The notes under the pieces were generated by a model, which had not been told where the DNA came from, searched no databases, and saw nothing but the letters and a program-made list of their open reading frames with translations. Shown here in pieces: positions 51,259 through 64,000 of a stretch of DNA of 64,000 nt. The stretch lies in the NCBI GenBank assembly GCA_021613535.1, contig CP075492.1, positions 6,820,001 to 6,884,000 on the forward strand, given 5' to 3'. The position numbers and the translations under genes were made by a program. The stretch's first letter is position 1; each line of letters begins with the position of its first letter. The DNA is from Adineta vaga. Taxonomy: Eukaryota > Animalia > Rotifera.

Positions 51259-51696
51259 AAAATGCGGGATCTCATTCAGTATTTGATGTTTTTAAGTCAT
51301 GAAAACATACCTCAGTATAATCCATTGCCAAACAAAAGATAAAACAGCTTAATATCGAGATACTTGTCACATGGTATGATGATAAGACGAAATTTTATTG
51401 AAAAAAATCGACGAACGATTTATGTTGAAAAGCTGAAAGACATTGTTATTATAAGTTGTTCAACTTTGGAATATCTACTGGCGACATCTAACTAGAATAA
51501 AATTTGAATGTTGTCCTTGACATCAATGGACAAGTAGAAATTTATGGATTCAAACATTTGAACATTTAATTTGATTGATCGTACTTTTCGTTCGTTTACT
51601 GTCTGACTTTTTTCTTCGAATAAAGATCAGGTATGTTCTTTATTAATTCTCAATTGAAATCTTAAATTTATCGATATATTTCACTCGAAGAGAATC

Positions 51697-54345
51697 ATGT
51701 TGTCTGGACATAATGGGACAGCTACTGTTGAAGTATGAAATAGTTTATTTAATTAAGTATTTGCAAGAAAAAAATCATTATCTTTTGTAGACATTAGCCG
51801 AAGTATTTCGCTGTTTTATTTGTATGGAAAAATTACGTGATGCTCGATTGTGTCCACATTGTTCGAAGTTATGCTGTTATCCATGCATTCGAGTAAGTCA
51901 AAATTATTGTTTTGTTTTTTGTAATTGAAAATTTTCAATGTGAATTTATAGCGTTGGTTGGCTGATCAAAATCAATGTCCACATTGTCGAGCAACACTCC
52001 ATCTACATGATCTGGTCAATTGTCGATGGGCAGAAGAAGTAACTACACAACTTGATACACTAAAAACTAATGAAATAAGTAAACAAAAAGGCGAAGAAAA
52101 GGACAAGTAAGTTTTATTATTTTGCAATTGAAATCGTCATTTTGTTTTTCAATTTCTTTTCTAGATGTGAATTACATAAGGAAAAACTCACAGTTTATTG
52201 CACAACATGTTCAAAATGTATTTGTCATCAATGTGCTCTATTCAATGGTTCTGTAAGTATTTCTTTTTCTTTGGATTCAATAGAACTTATCCTTTACATA
52301 TACATAGCATACTGGACATAGTTTCCTTCCACTTGATGATATCTATAGAACAAACATATCTTTAGTTAATGAACATCTAGGAAAATTAAAACGACGACAT
52401 GTAGATCTGATTTGTTTAGCACAAGATGTGGTATGTGATTGAATACGAACGAAATATTTACTAAATGTATGTTTAGGAACGTAATGTTGAAAATGTAAAA
52501 TTAGCAAAAGATGAACGATTAAGAGAAATACACAATGTAATACAAACAATGCAAATGAAACTAGATGAACAGTATAAGATTAAAATGGATGTTTTAGATG
52601 GTAAGATAAATAATTAGACTTTGAATACAAATCATGTACTTCTCTTCAAGCACAACGTTCTCAATTGTCGGATGAAACCGAATTAATTGAACGTACACTT
52701 CATAATATTGAACATCGTTTATCAACAAATGGTAAAGCAGAAGTTATCAATAAACAACAAGATCTTCTTGATTCAATTCAAGTAATTTGTCAAAAACCAA
52801 TGATAAATTATGTTACAACACCCATATCTTCTGATTTTCTCAGGTATAATATTCGCATTGAATTATATTCATATCTTATTGAAAATTCTCTTGTGTATTT
52901 AGTGAAATTGTTCCTTCATACAATTCGAATACATTTATAATTACAAATTTTTCAATTCGTCGCCAAAATGTCGATCCAATTTATAGTCAACCATTACATA
53001 TCAATGGTTTAACATGGCGTCTGAAAGTTTATCCCGATGGAAATGGTACTGTGCGTGGTACTTATCTATCAGTTTTTCTTGAATTAACAACTGGTTTAAA
53101 TGAACCATCGAAATATGAATATCGAATTGAAATGATTCATCAATTAAGTAAAGATCCATCCAAGAATATTATACGAGAATTTGCATCCGATTTCGAAGTT
53201 GGAGAATGTTGGGGTTATAATAAATTTTTTTCACTTGAAGCATTGACAACTGAAGGTTTTCTTGATACGATCAATGATACATTGATCATTCGTTTTCAAG
53301 TTCGTCCACCAACATATCAACAGAAATGTCGTGATCAACAATGGTATATCAAACACGTTGAACATGAGAATCAACATTTAAATAATGAAATTAAAAGTTT
53401 ACAAGAAAAAATTCTTTTTCTAATGACAAAAAATAAATTTAATGGAAATATAATATCAACAATTGTTGCAGGTCTTGATGAAGAAGAAATTACAGAAACA
53501 GTCGTTGATGTTAGCGATATGAATGATGATCATGAATACATGTTTCTTAAGGTACGAAGAATAATTCTTTTTCTCTTTCGAATTCGAACATTTTTTTTCT
53601 AGTCGGATCAAACTATTTCTGAAGATGATGATGATGACGATGATGATGATAATAAGTAAGATTTATTCGATGTCTTAGATATAATAGATTAAGCCTGATT
53701 TGTTTTTGTTTATAGTTTAGCAGAAAATGACGTTGAAGAAGAATCACCTTCACCAGAAAGTGGTTCATCAGCACCAGCTGAACAAAATCTTCCTCGTCGT
53801 TCATCACCTCGAACAACGGTTTCAGTAACTGGTGCATCTAAATTCAATTCCATTACAACTGATTCTGTGACATTGAATCTAATTCGAGATGAGAATGACG
53901 AAGAAGTACAAAATGCGTTCAATGCATCGAAAAATGAATCAAATATTTTTGATGATACATTACCCTTTATTATTGATGAGAATATCATACTTTCAAATAT
54001 TCTCAAACGTACTTCAAATAATGAACAAAATGAAGGTATATTTATCAAGAAATTCATAGTTAGTTTGACATTTTTTCTATAGATAATTCAACATTATTTC
54101 GGCCAATTCCACAGAATAATTCCAATGAATCTGCACATAATTCCAGTGATTTCCTTCCATATCATGCTCCACAAAATCAAACATCATTAAATAATTTAAT
54201 GTTGCTTAATTCTTCAAGTTATCGAATTCGATCGCCGAATGATCGTCAATCCCGTCCACGTTCTCATCATCGACGTATAAATCCAGCTCAAACAAATACA
54301 AATGAAGATGGAAAATCTGAACCAAATAATCTTGCGAAAAAATAG
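51697..54345 (+). CDS. TRIM37: E3 ubiquitin ligase TRIM37 (RING-Bbox-CC-MATH)
   Basis: [29 protein letters not shown]-box [23 protein letters not shown]...YLSVFLEL...[18 protein letters not shown]. Confidence 0.95.
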
Positions 54346-54555
54346 TTTAGTCTCGATTGAAATATCTTACGGTGATATTGTCTTTTGCTGCTATATACCT
54401 ATACATAAATTTATTTTAAATGATTACAAATATTTGCACCAGTGTGTGAGTGTGTGTGTTTATTATTTATTCTTTTATAATATAAAAACAAAGATTAGTT
54501 TTCTGATTTGAAAATTTCAAATAAATATCTTAATAAATTTGAAGAGAAAGACTCT

Positions 54556-55464
54556 TTAGCAAACTAGATTGTTTGTTGCCGGTGGAAGATTGAAACATTT
54601 TCGAATACGATGATATGTTCGTACTCGTGCGGCTTGCATATTATGTCCAGGTTTACCTGAACATTCATATTCATTTATTTTACGTGTACTTTCACCGAAC
54701 TTATCGTTTTGTGCTAATTTATCCATACCAGTTTCTTTAAAATACCAAATCGCTGTTGCAGCGGCAATTTTTTCGGATTGACTAACAAGATTAGGTTCTT
54801 TTAACAAATCAAGACCAACAGCTTTCCCAGCATTATGATAATTACAAGGATAAGATATTTGAAACCATCCTCGACCACAATATTTTACATTTGAATGTGC
54901 TTGAACCCCACACCAAGATGTTTGATAATTATTACAGGCTTAAAAGTTGATCAAATCAAAAAAAATATGAAGAAAACTCCTCACTGATAACTTACAATTA
55001 CGTTCAACACAATATTCTTCAAGAGTTATTAAACCATCTGTTTCATGTGAAACATGAGAAAGAAATACAGCTGCTTCGTTACCATTTGCCGGTTTCCATT
55101 TCATTAATTCCATTGCTTCAAGTAAACCTTGAAAACGACGTGCACGTAATCCAGAATCAAGTTTTGGAAAAGCACAGGCAAATATTTCGACTGTAATATT
55201 AGAATCAGGTTGTTTTTCCTTATTCTTTTTCACCTGAACTTTTCTCGTGGCATTTTTACATGGTCCAGATTGACAATTAATTCCACAATATTCATCGGTT
55301 TTACCACAATAACCCCATTTGGAACAACATTCATTTGGTGGACAGAAACATATTTCTCGAGTTAAACGTTTTAAATTGTTTACCAAATGATGGCTACCTT
55401 CAGTTTCCTTTAATATTTCTAACATGCATAGTATTAACACGAACGATATTTGAATGAGATGCAT
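54556..55464 (-). CDS. GH19 chitinase with N-terminal hevein (CBM18) domain (2 exons)
   Basis: Signal peptide; CPPNECCSKWGYCGKTDEYCG..CQSGPC; FLSHVSHETDG, YCGRGWFQIS...NY, TRKIN..EC; intron 54939-54995. Confidence 0.93.
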
Positions 55465-56300
55465 TACGCAAGATAAAAATCAGTTATCTGTTCGTTACTT
55501 GTACATGTACATGTGTTTATATATATATATATGCGCAAAACTGATACTATGCTTTGTATTTAATATCTCTTCTCTTCTTCATCATAGTTTACATTTTTAT
55601 GATAAGTACACCTACGCCTTTACTCAATTGACAAAAAATGTTAAATACCAACAGATAATGGAATATATTTCTAAGCATATATATATATATATATGTATAT
55701 CATTTCTTTAACATTCATACAGTAATGTCTTGAAGACTTATCATATTACTCTTCTTTTTCTTTTGTCTATCTATTGTATAAATATAGGAGATAAGTGATC
55801 GTGAGAATATTTTCTTGTTTAAACATATCACCAACGAAGTATTTGATTAGCAAATACTTATGTTAGGAAAAAAAGCATCATGTCTAACTTGAGACAGATA
55901 AAGATATTTTATGCCAATTTTAATTGCTTGAAGGGAAAAAGAAGAAGAAGATGTATTCAATGTGACAATTTGCTTTTGTTTTTTCTTCTCTCGATGATGT
56001 TTCATTTTGTTGGAGAGAGAAAGATAATAAGAATAAAAGATTCGACACAACTTTTTTTTCTTCTATACTATCGCAAGTAATGATTGGTGCCTGTAGGTTG
56101 TTTCTTCGCTTGATTGAGTCCAGACATGGATTTGAGGATAAGCTTGTTGTTTAAATTCTTCTTAATGTTAGTAATGGTGAATTTAAGATCTATCTCTTTA
56201 ATCAATAATCATGTAACATCGGTAATATCATCATTTGATTTTTCTCTTTTCATCGATGATTATAGCTAAGTAATCGGCATTACAATCGATTTATTCGTTC

Positions 56301-56371
56301 TCTTTTCTTTCTTTCTCTTTCTCTTTCTCTTTCTCTTTTCCTTTCTTGTTCTCTCTCTCTCTCTCTCTCTC
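56301..56371. repeat. Polypyrimidine (CTCTTT)n/(CT)n microsatellite upstream of slit
   Basis: Direct reading: ctttctctttctctttctctttctc...ctctctctctctctctctctc. Confidence 0.8.
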
Positions 56372-56536
56372 GCTTGTGAGAAAAGAAGAAAAATTGATGA
56401 GAATGTCCAGTGCACATATGTGAATAGAGACCATCATTCGTCTCATCTTATAACAATTATCGCATTTCTTCTTCTTCTTCCATGTCTCATCTTCTGTCCA
56501 TTTGAAACTTCTATTTAACCACAAAGTCACAATCAA

Positions 56537-59500
56537 ATGATCAAAATCAACACAATTCTCATTTGTATCATTTTATTCTTTCAATTATGCTTTACCAATG
56601 CATGTCCATCACTATGTTCATGTCATGGAACAAATGTTGATTGTAGCAATCGAAATCTACAAATAATCCCATCTGGAATACCAAGAAATGTATTAAAACT
56701 GTAAGTTTAATGATCATATCATTGAAAATGTTTGTTCTATCAATCTACTCAGATTTCCTAAGAAGTCTAATGATCAATTTGCGTGTCCTTCATAATAGAG
56801 ATATCAGTTCATTAATTGTTCTTTTTCATGAAATATTATCATTCATAGTTAAAAATTCTGTTCAAGATGATATCTTTGTTTGATTCTTGACGATTGATTA
56901 CATCATGAAAAATGAAAAATCTTTTTATGCAATAATTTCAAGTGAAATCATATTAAAACATGCTAATTGTAAATAAAAGTCAAGTGTAAAATAAACTTTC
57001 ATTATGAAATGAAAAGAAGAAACATTTGACATATGAATGTGATTACATCAGATTATTGTTTCTTTCTTCTAGAGATTTACAATTCAATAATATATCAATT
57101 ATACGAAAAGATGATTTCAAAGCATTTCGTCAGATACAAATCTTGTAAGTATGATTAATGATACGATATACAAATCAATTGTAAATCATGTCTGTTATTT
57201 CTCATATAAAATAACAACAGACAAAGTAATCGATGATCATCTTTTGAACTTTCATCGTTTATTGACAAGGTTAAGAGTTGTATTCTTTTTTTCTTCTTCT
57301 TCATTCGGATGTTTGAATCATGACAAGGTCAAGTGGTTAAATAAATAACAAAAGAAGAAGAACAAAAAATCAATTCAAATCACGTCAAAAAAATATTTAT
57401 TCTTTTTATCTAGAAATCTTCAAGATAATCAAATACATACAATTGATACAGATGCCTTTAAAGATCTAATATCATTAGAAAAATTGTAAGTCAATTATGG
57501 ATATCATTCATTTGATTGCGAGAGTAGAATATTGGTAGAAGGAAGTAATGTAACTTCCATTCCTGCTATGCTTATAGTCAATAGTAATGAGAGACGATCA
57601 AAATGATCGAGTGTATTTATGTAATAGAAATATAACTGACTAGAAAATGTAGGAAAAAGAATGATAATGATGATGATGGCAGATAAATAGAATGTTTGGT
57701 TGATAAATGAGTTACAATATGTTTATGTTTTTATAGACGTCTCAATGGCAATAAACTAAATCACTTTACAGATGGCATGTTTAGTACTCTTAAACAACTT
57801 CAACGATTGTATGTTGATGAAAATCTTGAAGATTGAAAATTCCATCGAATTTATTTCTAGAGATCTTAGTTCTAATCGATTACGAGCTATTAAAATGGAT
57901 ATGTTTCAAGGTTTACAGGAAATGAATAATTTGTAAGTGTTTTTACAAGCAAAGAACTTGATTGTACGTGGATTTTATTTTCTTCTGATAGACAATTGGA
58001 TCATAATGAAATTTCCTGTATTGAATCTGAAGCTTTTAATGATTTAAAACGATTGGAAATTATGTAAGTAGGATGATTTAAAATAGATTTCATTCAATTT
58101 TGTTTATTAGAACATTGAATTCAAATAATTTAACAACATTACCTATGTTACCATTTGAACAATTTCGTAATTTAAGAGTTTTGTAAGTAGATTTTGATTA
58201 ATTCTGAAAGTTTCCATTCATATTTATTCATCTTGAAAGGCGATTACATGATAATCCATTCATGTGCGATTGTCGTTTATTATGGCTTGCAAAATATCTT
58301 CATACTCATTCATTTCTTGGTATTAATACTCAATGTAAAGATTCTGATACATTGATTTCAAAAGATCTAACTACTTTAATACATAATGAAGGACAATGTA
58401 GTTCAATGGGTAAATGATGATTTGGCAATCGAAAATATTCATATTTGTCTGATATAGATTCGGAAGATATTGAATATCGATGTAATGTATTTATATGTCC
58501 ATATCCATGTGTTTGTTTTAATGGTGTAGTGGATTGTAAAGATAAAGATTTAATAGAAATTCCACGAAATATTCCGGATACAACTATTGAATTGTAAGAA
58601 TTATCGAAGAAGTTCTTTTGAAAAAAAAAAGATGAATGTGTTCATTTGTTTTAGACGTTTGGAAAAGAATCGAATTATGGAAATTCCACCACGAGCTTTT
58701 AGTTATTTGAAAAGACTTCGACGTTTGTAAGAAATCCATTGATTTTAATAATTATTCTTTCGACGATTTGATCAAATTTTAGAGATTTAAGTAATAATTT
58801 AATTTCAACAATCTATCCTGATTCATTTACTGGTCTTAAATCATTGAATTCACTGTAAGTAATTCTATATAAGATTTCGATCTATCTTCTATCATGCATA
58901 CAAATAAAATAGTATTCTCTATCGAAATAATCTGAAAATCTTACCATCAGAAGTATTCAATGAATTGAATAGTCTTCAACTTTTGTGAGTGTCTAAAGAT
59001 GATTAACGCATGTCTATAGCACATTCGTTAGCAAGCATCTACAGTTTTGCCATGGTAATGATCAAAAGCACGAAGCATGTGAATGATTTGTTTTTGTTGA
59101 AAAACAAAGAACAGAAATTCACCTCTTTTTTTTAATTTATTTAATCATTTGCATGAATATATCTATTCTTATAAATCTAGTCTTCTTTCCAACAATCACC
59201 TTGTATATTTACCATTCGGAATATTTCATCACGGATTTCTACATTTGCAACTCTTGTGAGCATGTTATTTTTATCGAGATTGTTCGCAAAAATATTAAAT
59301 AATATTTATTGTTTGAAATTCGATAGATTGTTAAATGCAAATAAAATCGTTTGCATACGTGGCGATACATTTTATGGCTTGGAAAAATTAAGTTTACTAT
59401 CATTGTATGATAATCAATTGAAAACATTAGCTAATGAAACATTTAGTTCATTGAAAAGTCTTCAAACATTGTAATTATGATTGAAAATTGTTGAGATTTA

Positions 59501-62500
59501 GATTTTTTTTTTGTAAAGACATTTAGCTCGAAATCCATTGATATGTGATTGTCATCTTCGATGGTTGAATGCATATTTACGTGAGAAACAAATTGAAACA
59601 AGTGGAGTACGTTGTGCTGGACCTAGACGTATGTTAAAACGTAAATTTGGTGTTTTAAATGATCGACGATTTCGTTGTCGAAGTAAGGAATCTTTCATTT
59701 TTGTTAGTCGATAATAGTTAAATTCTGATTCAGATCGAATGGAATATGAACAAACAGCATATGCAGCTCAGTGTGAAATACAATGTCCTCACAGATGTAC
59801 ATGTCATAAAACAACAGTTAACTGTCGAGGATTACAATTACAAACAATTCCTCATGATCTACCAACATTTACTACTGTACTGTAAGTAATACAATCTATT
59901 ATACGATACTTCGAAATTCTAAGTGATGATTTATTTAGTGATTTTCAAGATAACTTCATCAAACGAATATCACATGATGATAATCTTCGACGTTTGAAAA
60001 GTCTCGTTACACTGTAAGGATTGAAAGAGGGTTTTTTTGTAGATTAAATCTTAACATTTCCTTTATAGTGATTTACGAAATAATCGTTTGGAAGAGATTG
60101 TTGATGATACTTTTGATGGCATTGATTCACTACATGAATTGTAAGCATTTCATTTCGTTTGAAATATTCTTTGACTTTTGATGATGGTTTATAGATTTCT
60201 CAGTAATAACAGTCTTGATAAAATAACATCACAGTCATTAAATGGTTTGAAAAATCTTCAAATATTGTCTTTGGCTGATAATCGTCTTAAATGTATTGAA
60301 CAAGAATCATTCGATCAAATGCAATCTTTATCTGAACTGTAAGATTTTTTCATATTATAGAATTAGTTTGGAATATTATGTTTATATTTATTTTGAGAAA
60401 TCTACAATCAAATCCATTGATATGCAATTGTCATATGAAATGGTTAAAATACAGTAAAATTCTCACTGATTATCCAAAGTAAATACCTCAAACGCTGATT
60501 ACCAATTCTTTTCTTTGTTTTTCTTTCAAAGATGTATATCACCAACTAAACTAAACAATATTCCCGTAAGTTTTTCTTTCCTAGAAAATGTTTTATTCTA
60601 TCTCATCGATCTGTTTCATTTAGATTTCTAACATTGTCGATGAAGATTTTATTTGTAATTGTATGTATTATCCTTATATGTGGTGTATTTATCTGATATG
60701 TAATACTATTTTCATTGCAGCTACGGCAATGGATATTTGTGGCGCATCACCCTTAAATACTTGTCCACAAAATTGTACCTGTTATAATAAAGTTGTTCGA
60801 TGTTCACATGCTCAATTAATTCGTATTCCATATGAAGAAATGCTCGTTGATACTGAAGAACTCTATTTAGATTCAAATAATATCGACGAAATTCCAGTTG
60901 AGTTAGTGAAACGTCTAACTTATCTAACAAGAATTGATTTAAGTTATAATAAATTACGTTCTATACATGGATATTACTTTTCGAATTTAACACGATTGGA
61001 AACATTGATATTATCATATAATAAAATTCAATGTTTGGATTTGAATGCATTCAAAGGATTGAAAAATCTAAGAATTCTGTAAGTATTGTGTAATTAAAGA
61101 TGATTTTTTAAAGAGAAATAGTTGTTGTTGTTTAGATCACTTCATGGAAATGAAATTTCTACAGTAGTCGAAGGAACATTCAAAGATTTGAAAGTTTTAT
61201 CACATATGTAAAGAAGATTTTTTAAATTAAATACCAGGAGAAGACGTATGTTATTTCTTTGTAGTGCTCTAGGTAGTAATCCATTATATTGTGATTGTCA
61301 TCTTTCTTGGTTATCATCATGGATCAAAACTGATTATGTTGAACCTGGTAAGTGAACTAAATCGAAATGATTTAGTGATGGTATGAAAAAATGCCAATGA
61401 CCTTGTTTTATTTGATTAGGTATTGCTCGATGTACAGGACCGAGTCCAATGGCGAACAAACTTCTTCTTACATCTCCAATTACATTTTTTCAATGTTATA
61501 GTATGTAGAATTGCTTTCTATTCTTTTTCATTTGAAACTATTGTGTCATTAGATAAGAGTGAATCAGATTATTATCAACAAAAATGCAATTCTTGTTACA
61601 ATAAATCTATTCAATGTTCTAACAATGGCACATGTCGTTCGTTATCATTAGATAAACATATTTGTGATTGTTTACCGACCTACGATGGAGACTATTGTGA
61701 AAAGATTAGAGACGTTTGTTTGAGCAATCCATGTGAACAACAACAGGGAACCTGTCAATCACTTGCAGATGGTCGTTTTCAATGTCAGTGTTTGCCTGGT
61801 TTTACAGGAAAACAATGTGAAATCAATATTAATGATTGTATTTCGAATCATTGTCAAAATAATGGAACATGTATTGATAGAATCAATGATTATTCATGTC
61901 TATGTTCTGCATCATTCACTGGTACGAAGAATTTAGGATGTGCGAATTATTTTCATTAAGTTTTGTTTTGTTGTTTTGTAGGAAAATATTGTGAAGAAGC
62001 TTTGAATGCATGTAATGAAAATTTCAATCCATGTCAAAATAATGGGCGATGTTTACGAACAGCAAATGGTTACAAGTAAGTTATTAACAATTCAACAAAC
62101 GAATAGAATAGTTTTGGGATGGAAATTTTGATTTAGATGCGATTGTCCTATGGATTTCGACGGAATTAATTGCACAGAGCGTATCAATAAATGCTCAAAT
62201 CATGCCTGTCAATTTGGTGTCTGTATTAATGATGATCATGGATATACATGCAAATGTGATGTTGGTTTTACTGGAAAATATTGTGAAATTGCTCCTCAAC
62301 TTAAATCATCAGAATTACTTGTAAATCAAAGTAGCATTTCACCACTGAAATGTACATCAGATATCTGTTCGAATAATGGCAACTGCTATGAAGAATCGAT
62401 TGATACTCTTCGTTGTCGTTGCTTCGCAGGTTATACTGGTGATCGATGTAAAATGTTCAAGAGTGTTCATTCAAAAACAAATGATTCTTTCATACAATTG

Positions 62501-63579
62501 CCCAAACCAAATGTACATCCACGTTTAAATGTAACAATTGTGTTTAGTACAATGGAAAATAGTGGCATATTAGTTTATTTTGGTCATTTGGGACATTTTG
62601 TTGCAGAATTGTACATGGGACGTATTCGTATTAGTTACGATATTGAAAATTCACCTGGATCAGTTATATTTAGTTATGATGCTGTCAATGATGGTGAGTA
62701 TCACAAAATAAACTTAACTTATAGTGTAGAATAAGAAGAGTTATTTTGTTTTTTTGTAGGAAATATTCATGAACTACAATTGATTAGTATAGGAAGAAAT
62801 CTTAGTTTAACAGTCGATCGAGGTTACACAAGACATATTATTAATCGTGGTATTCATACTTATATGAATACTAGCGATATACGTGCTTTATATATCGGTG
62901 GTGTACCAAATGAATTGATTGATAGAGCACTTCAACTATGGCATATTCGTGAAGCAACTTCGTTTCAAGGTAATTTGTCTTCACATGTTTATCCTTCAAT
63001 ACAGAAGCATACATCTTTAATCATGTATAGTTTACGTTTATTATCCTTTATTTAAGGTTGTATTCATGCACTTTATGTAAATAATGATCCAATCAACTTT
63101 GCTAATGTTGATTATCGTCATAGAATCTTACCTGGTTGTGAAATAAATGAACAAAATAAATTGCCATGTACAACATCAACTTGTCAACATGGACAATGTC
63201 TTCTCGATGGTTTAACTTATAAATGTCGATGTTACAATGGTTTTAGTGGATCCACATGTAGTGAAGGTAAGTTGTGATATCAATCATCATATTGTATTGA
63301 GTTATTCTCATTAAAGCATCAACTGTACCTCGTTCATGTGGGTTAAATATCGAAACTGGATATTACATCGATCCAACAACGAAATGTTCGAGTGTGAAAC
63401 GATTACGTATGACTAAATGCATTGGGAAATGTTCATCTTCTAATGCTACAATAGCATCATGTTGTACACCAGTTGAATCGAAACGTCGATACTTTCGAAT
63501 GAAATGTGCAAGTGGTTTTACTTATAGACAATCGCTTGACTTTTTTCGACAATGTAAATGTTCCACAACTGTTTGCTAA
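56537..63579 (+). CDS. slit: Slit axon-guidance ligand (4 LRR domains, 6 EGF, LamG, EGF, cystine knot)
   Basis: Signal peptide; LRRNT/LRRCT caps; many 72-nt LRR exons; [37 protein letters not shown]; EGF repeats; LamG; C-terminal CC...QCKC. Confidence 0.96.
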
Positions 63580-64000
63580 TTTTTCAAAAAATATCAGTCA
63601 GGTTGAAGCGTCCGAACAGCGAAAGAAAACACTCAGGGCTTATTAATATTTACTGTGTAACGTTTGTTTTTTTTCGTTTTATTTACTTTTCTTCTACGTA
63701 CTTTTGAATTGTATTGTATTTGCTATTTCTTAGTTGAATATTTTTATAAATGAAATATATTCATTGTCACTTTGTTTTATTGAAATGACAATGAAGAATT
63801 GCAGAGTGTGGATGTGGAAGGATAAATTTCATTTCTACATCTATATGCACATCCATACCTCGTTTACTTGATGCTCTGAATTATTAACAGCATAACTAAC
63901 TTGCGTCACTGATTTCTTTAAAGTTTAATAATAAAACTTGCGCTGAAAAAGATCAGGATAGTAAAAGAGATGAAAAGATTTTTCATCAAACGTCTGTATA

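Overview
This is AT-rich, gene-dense eukaryotic DNA with many 45-60 bp GT-AG introns. Core metazoan genes (protocadherin, TRIM37, Slit, LRP12-like, MFSD5, GPAT3/4, CKS, FADS, TXNDC15) are interleaved with genes of non-metazoan type, a pattern most consistent with a bdelloid rotifer (inference, not verified). The left end (1-4218, minus strand) carries a long ORF missed by the ORF track because it runs off the window edge. It encodes a hybrid NRPS-PKS of architecture T-Cy-A(Cys)-T-KS, i.e. a predicted thiazoline-forming assembly line in an animal-type genome. Next comes about 5 kb of nested MITEs and foldback elements plus a near-perfect 353-bp inverted duplication. Other foreign-type genes are an rvt cellular reverse transcriptase split by one in-frame TAA, with a Tourist-like MITE in its promoter; a tandem arginine deiminase pair (one frameshifted, with signs of gene conversion); a sterol glucosyltransferase fused to a GH2-type sugar-binding domain; a hevein-GH19 chitinase; an intronless elongase; and a secreted DUF3293/phage-like protein. 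Slit has a duplicated LRR exon in its Robo-binding domain. All calls come from manual motif reading; no database searches were run.
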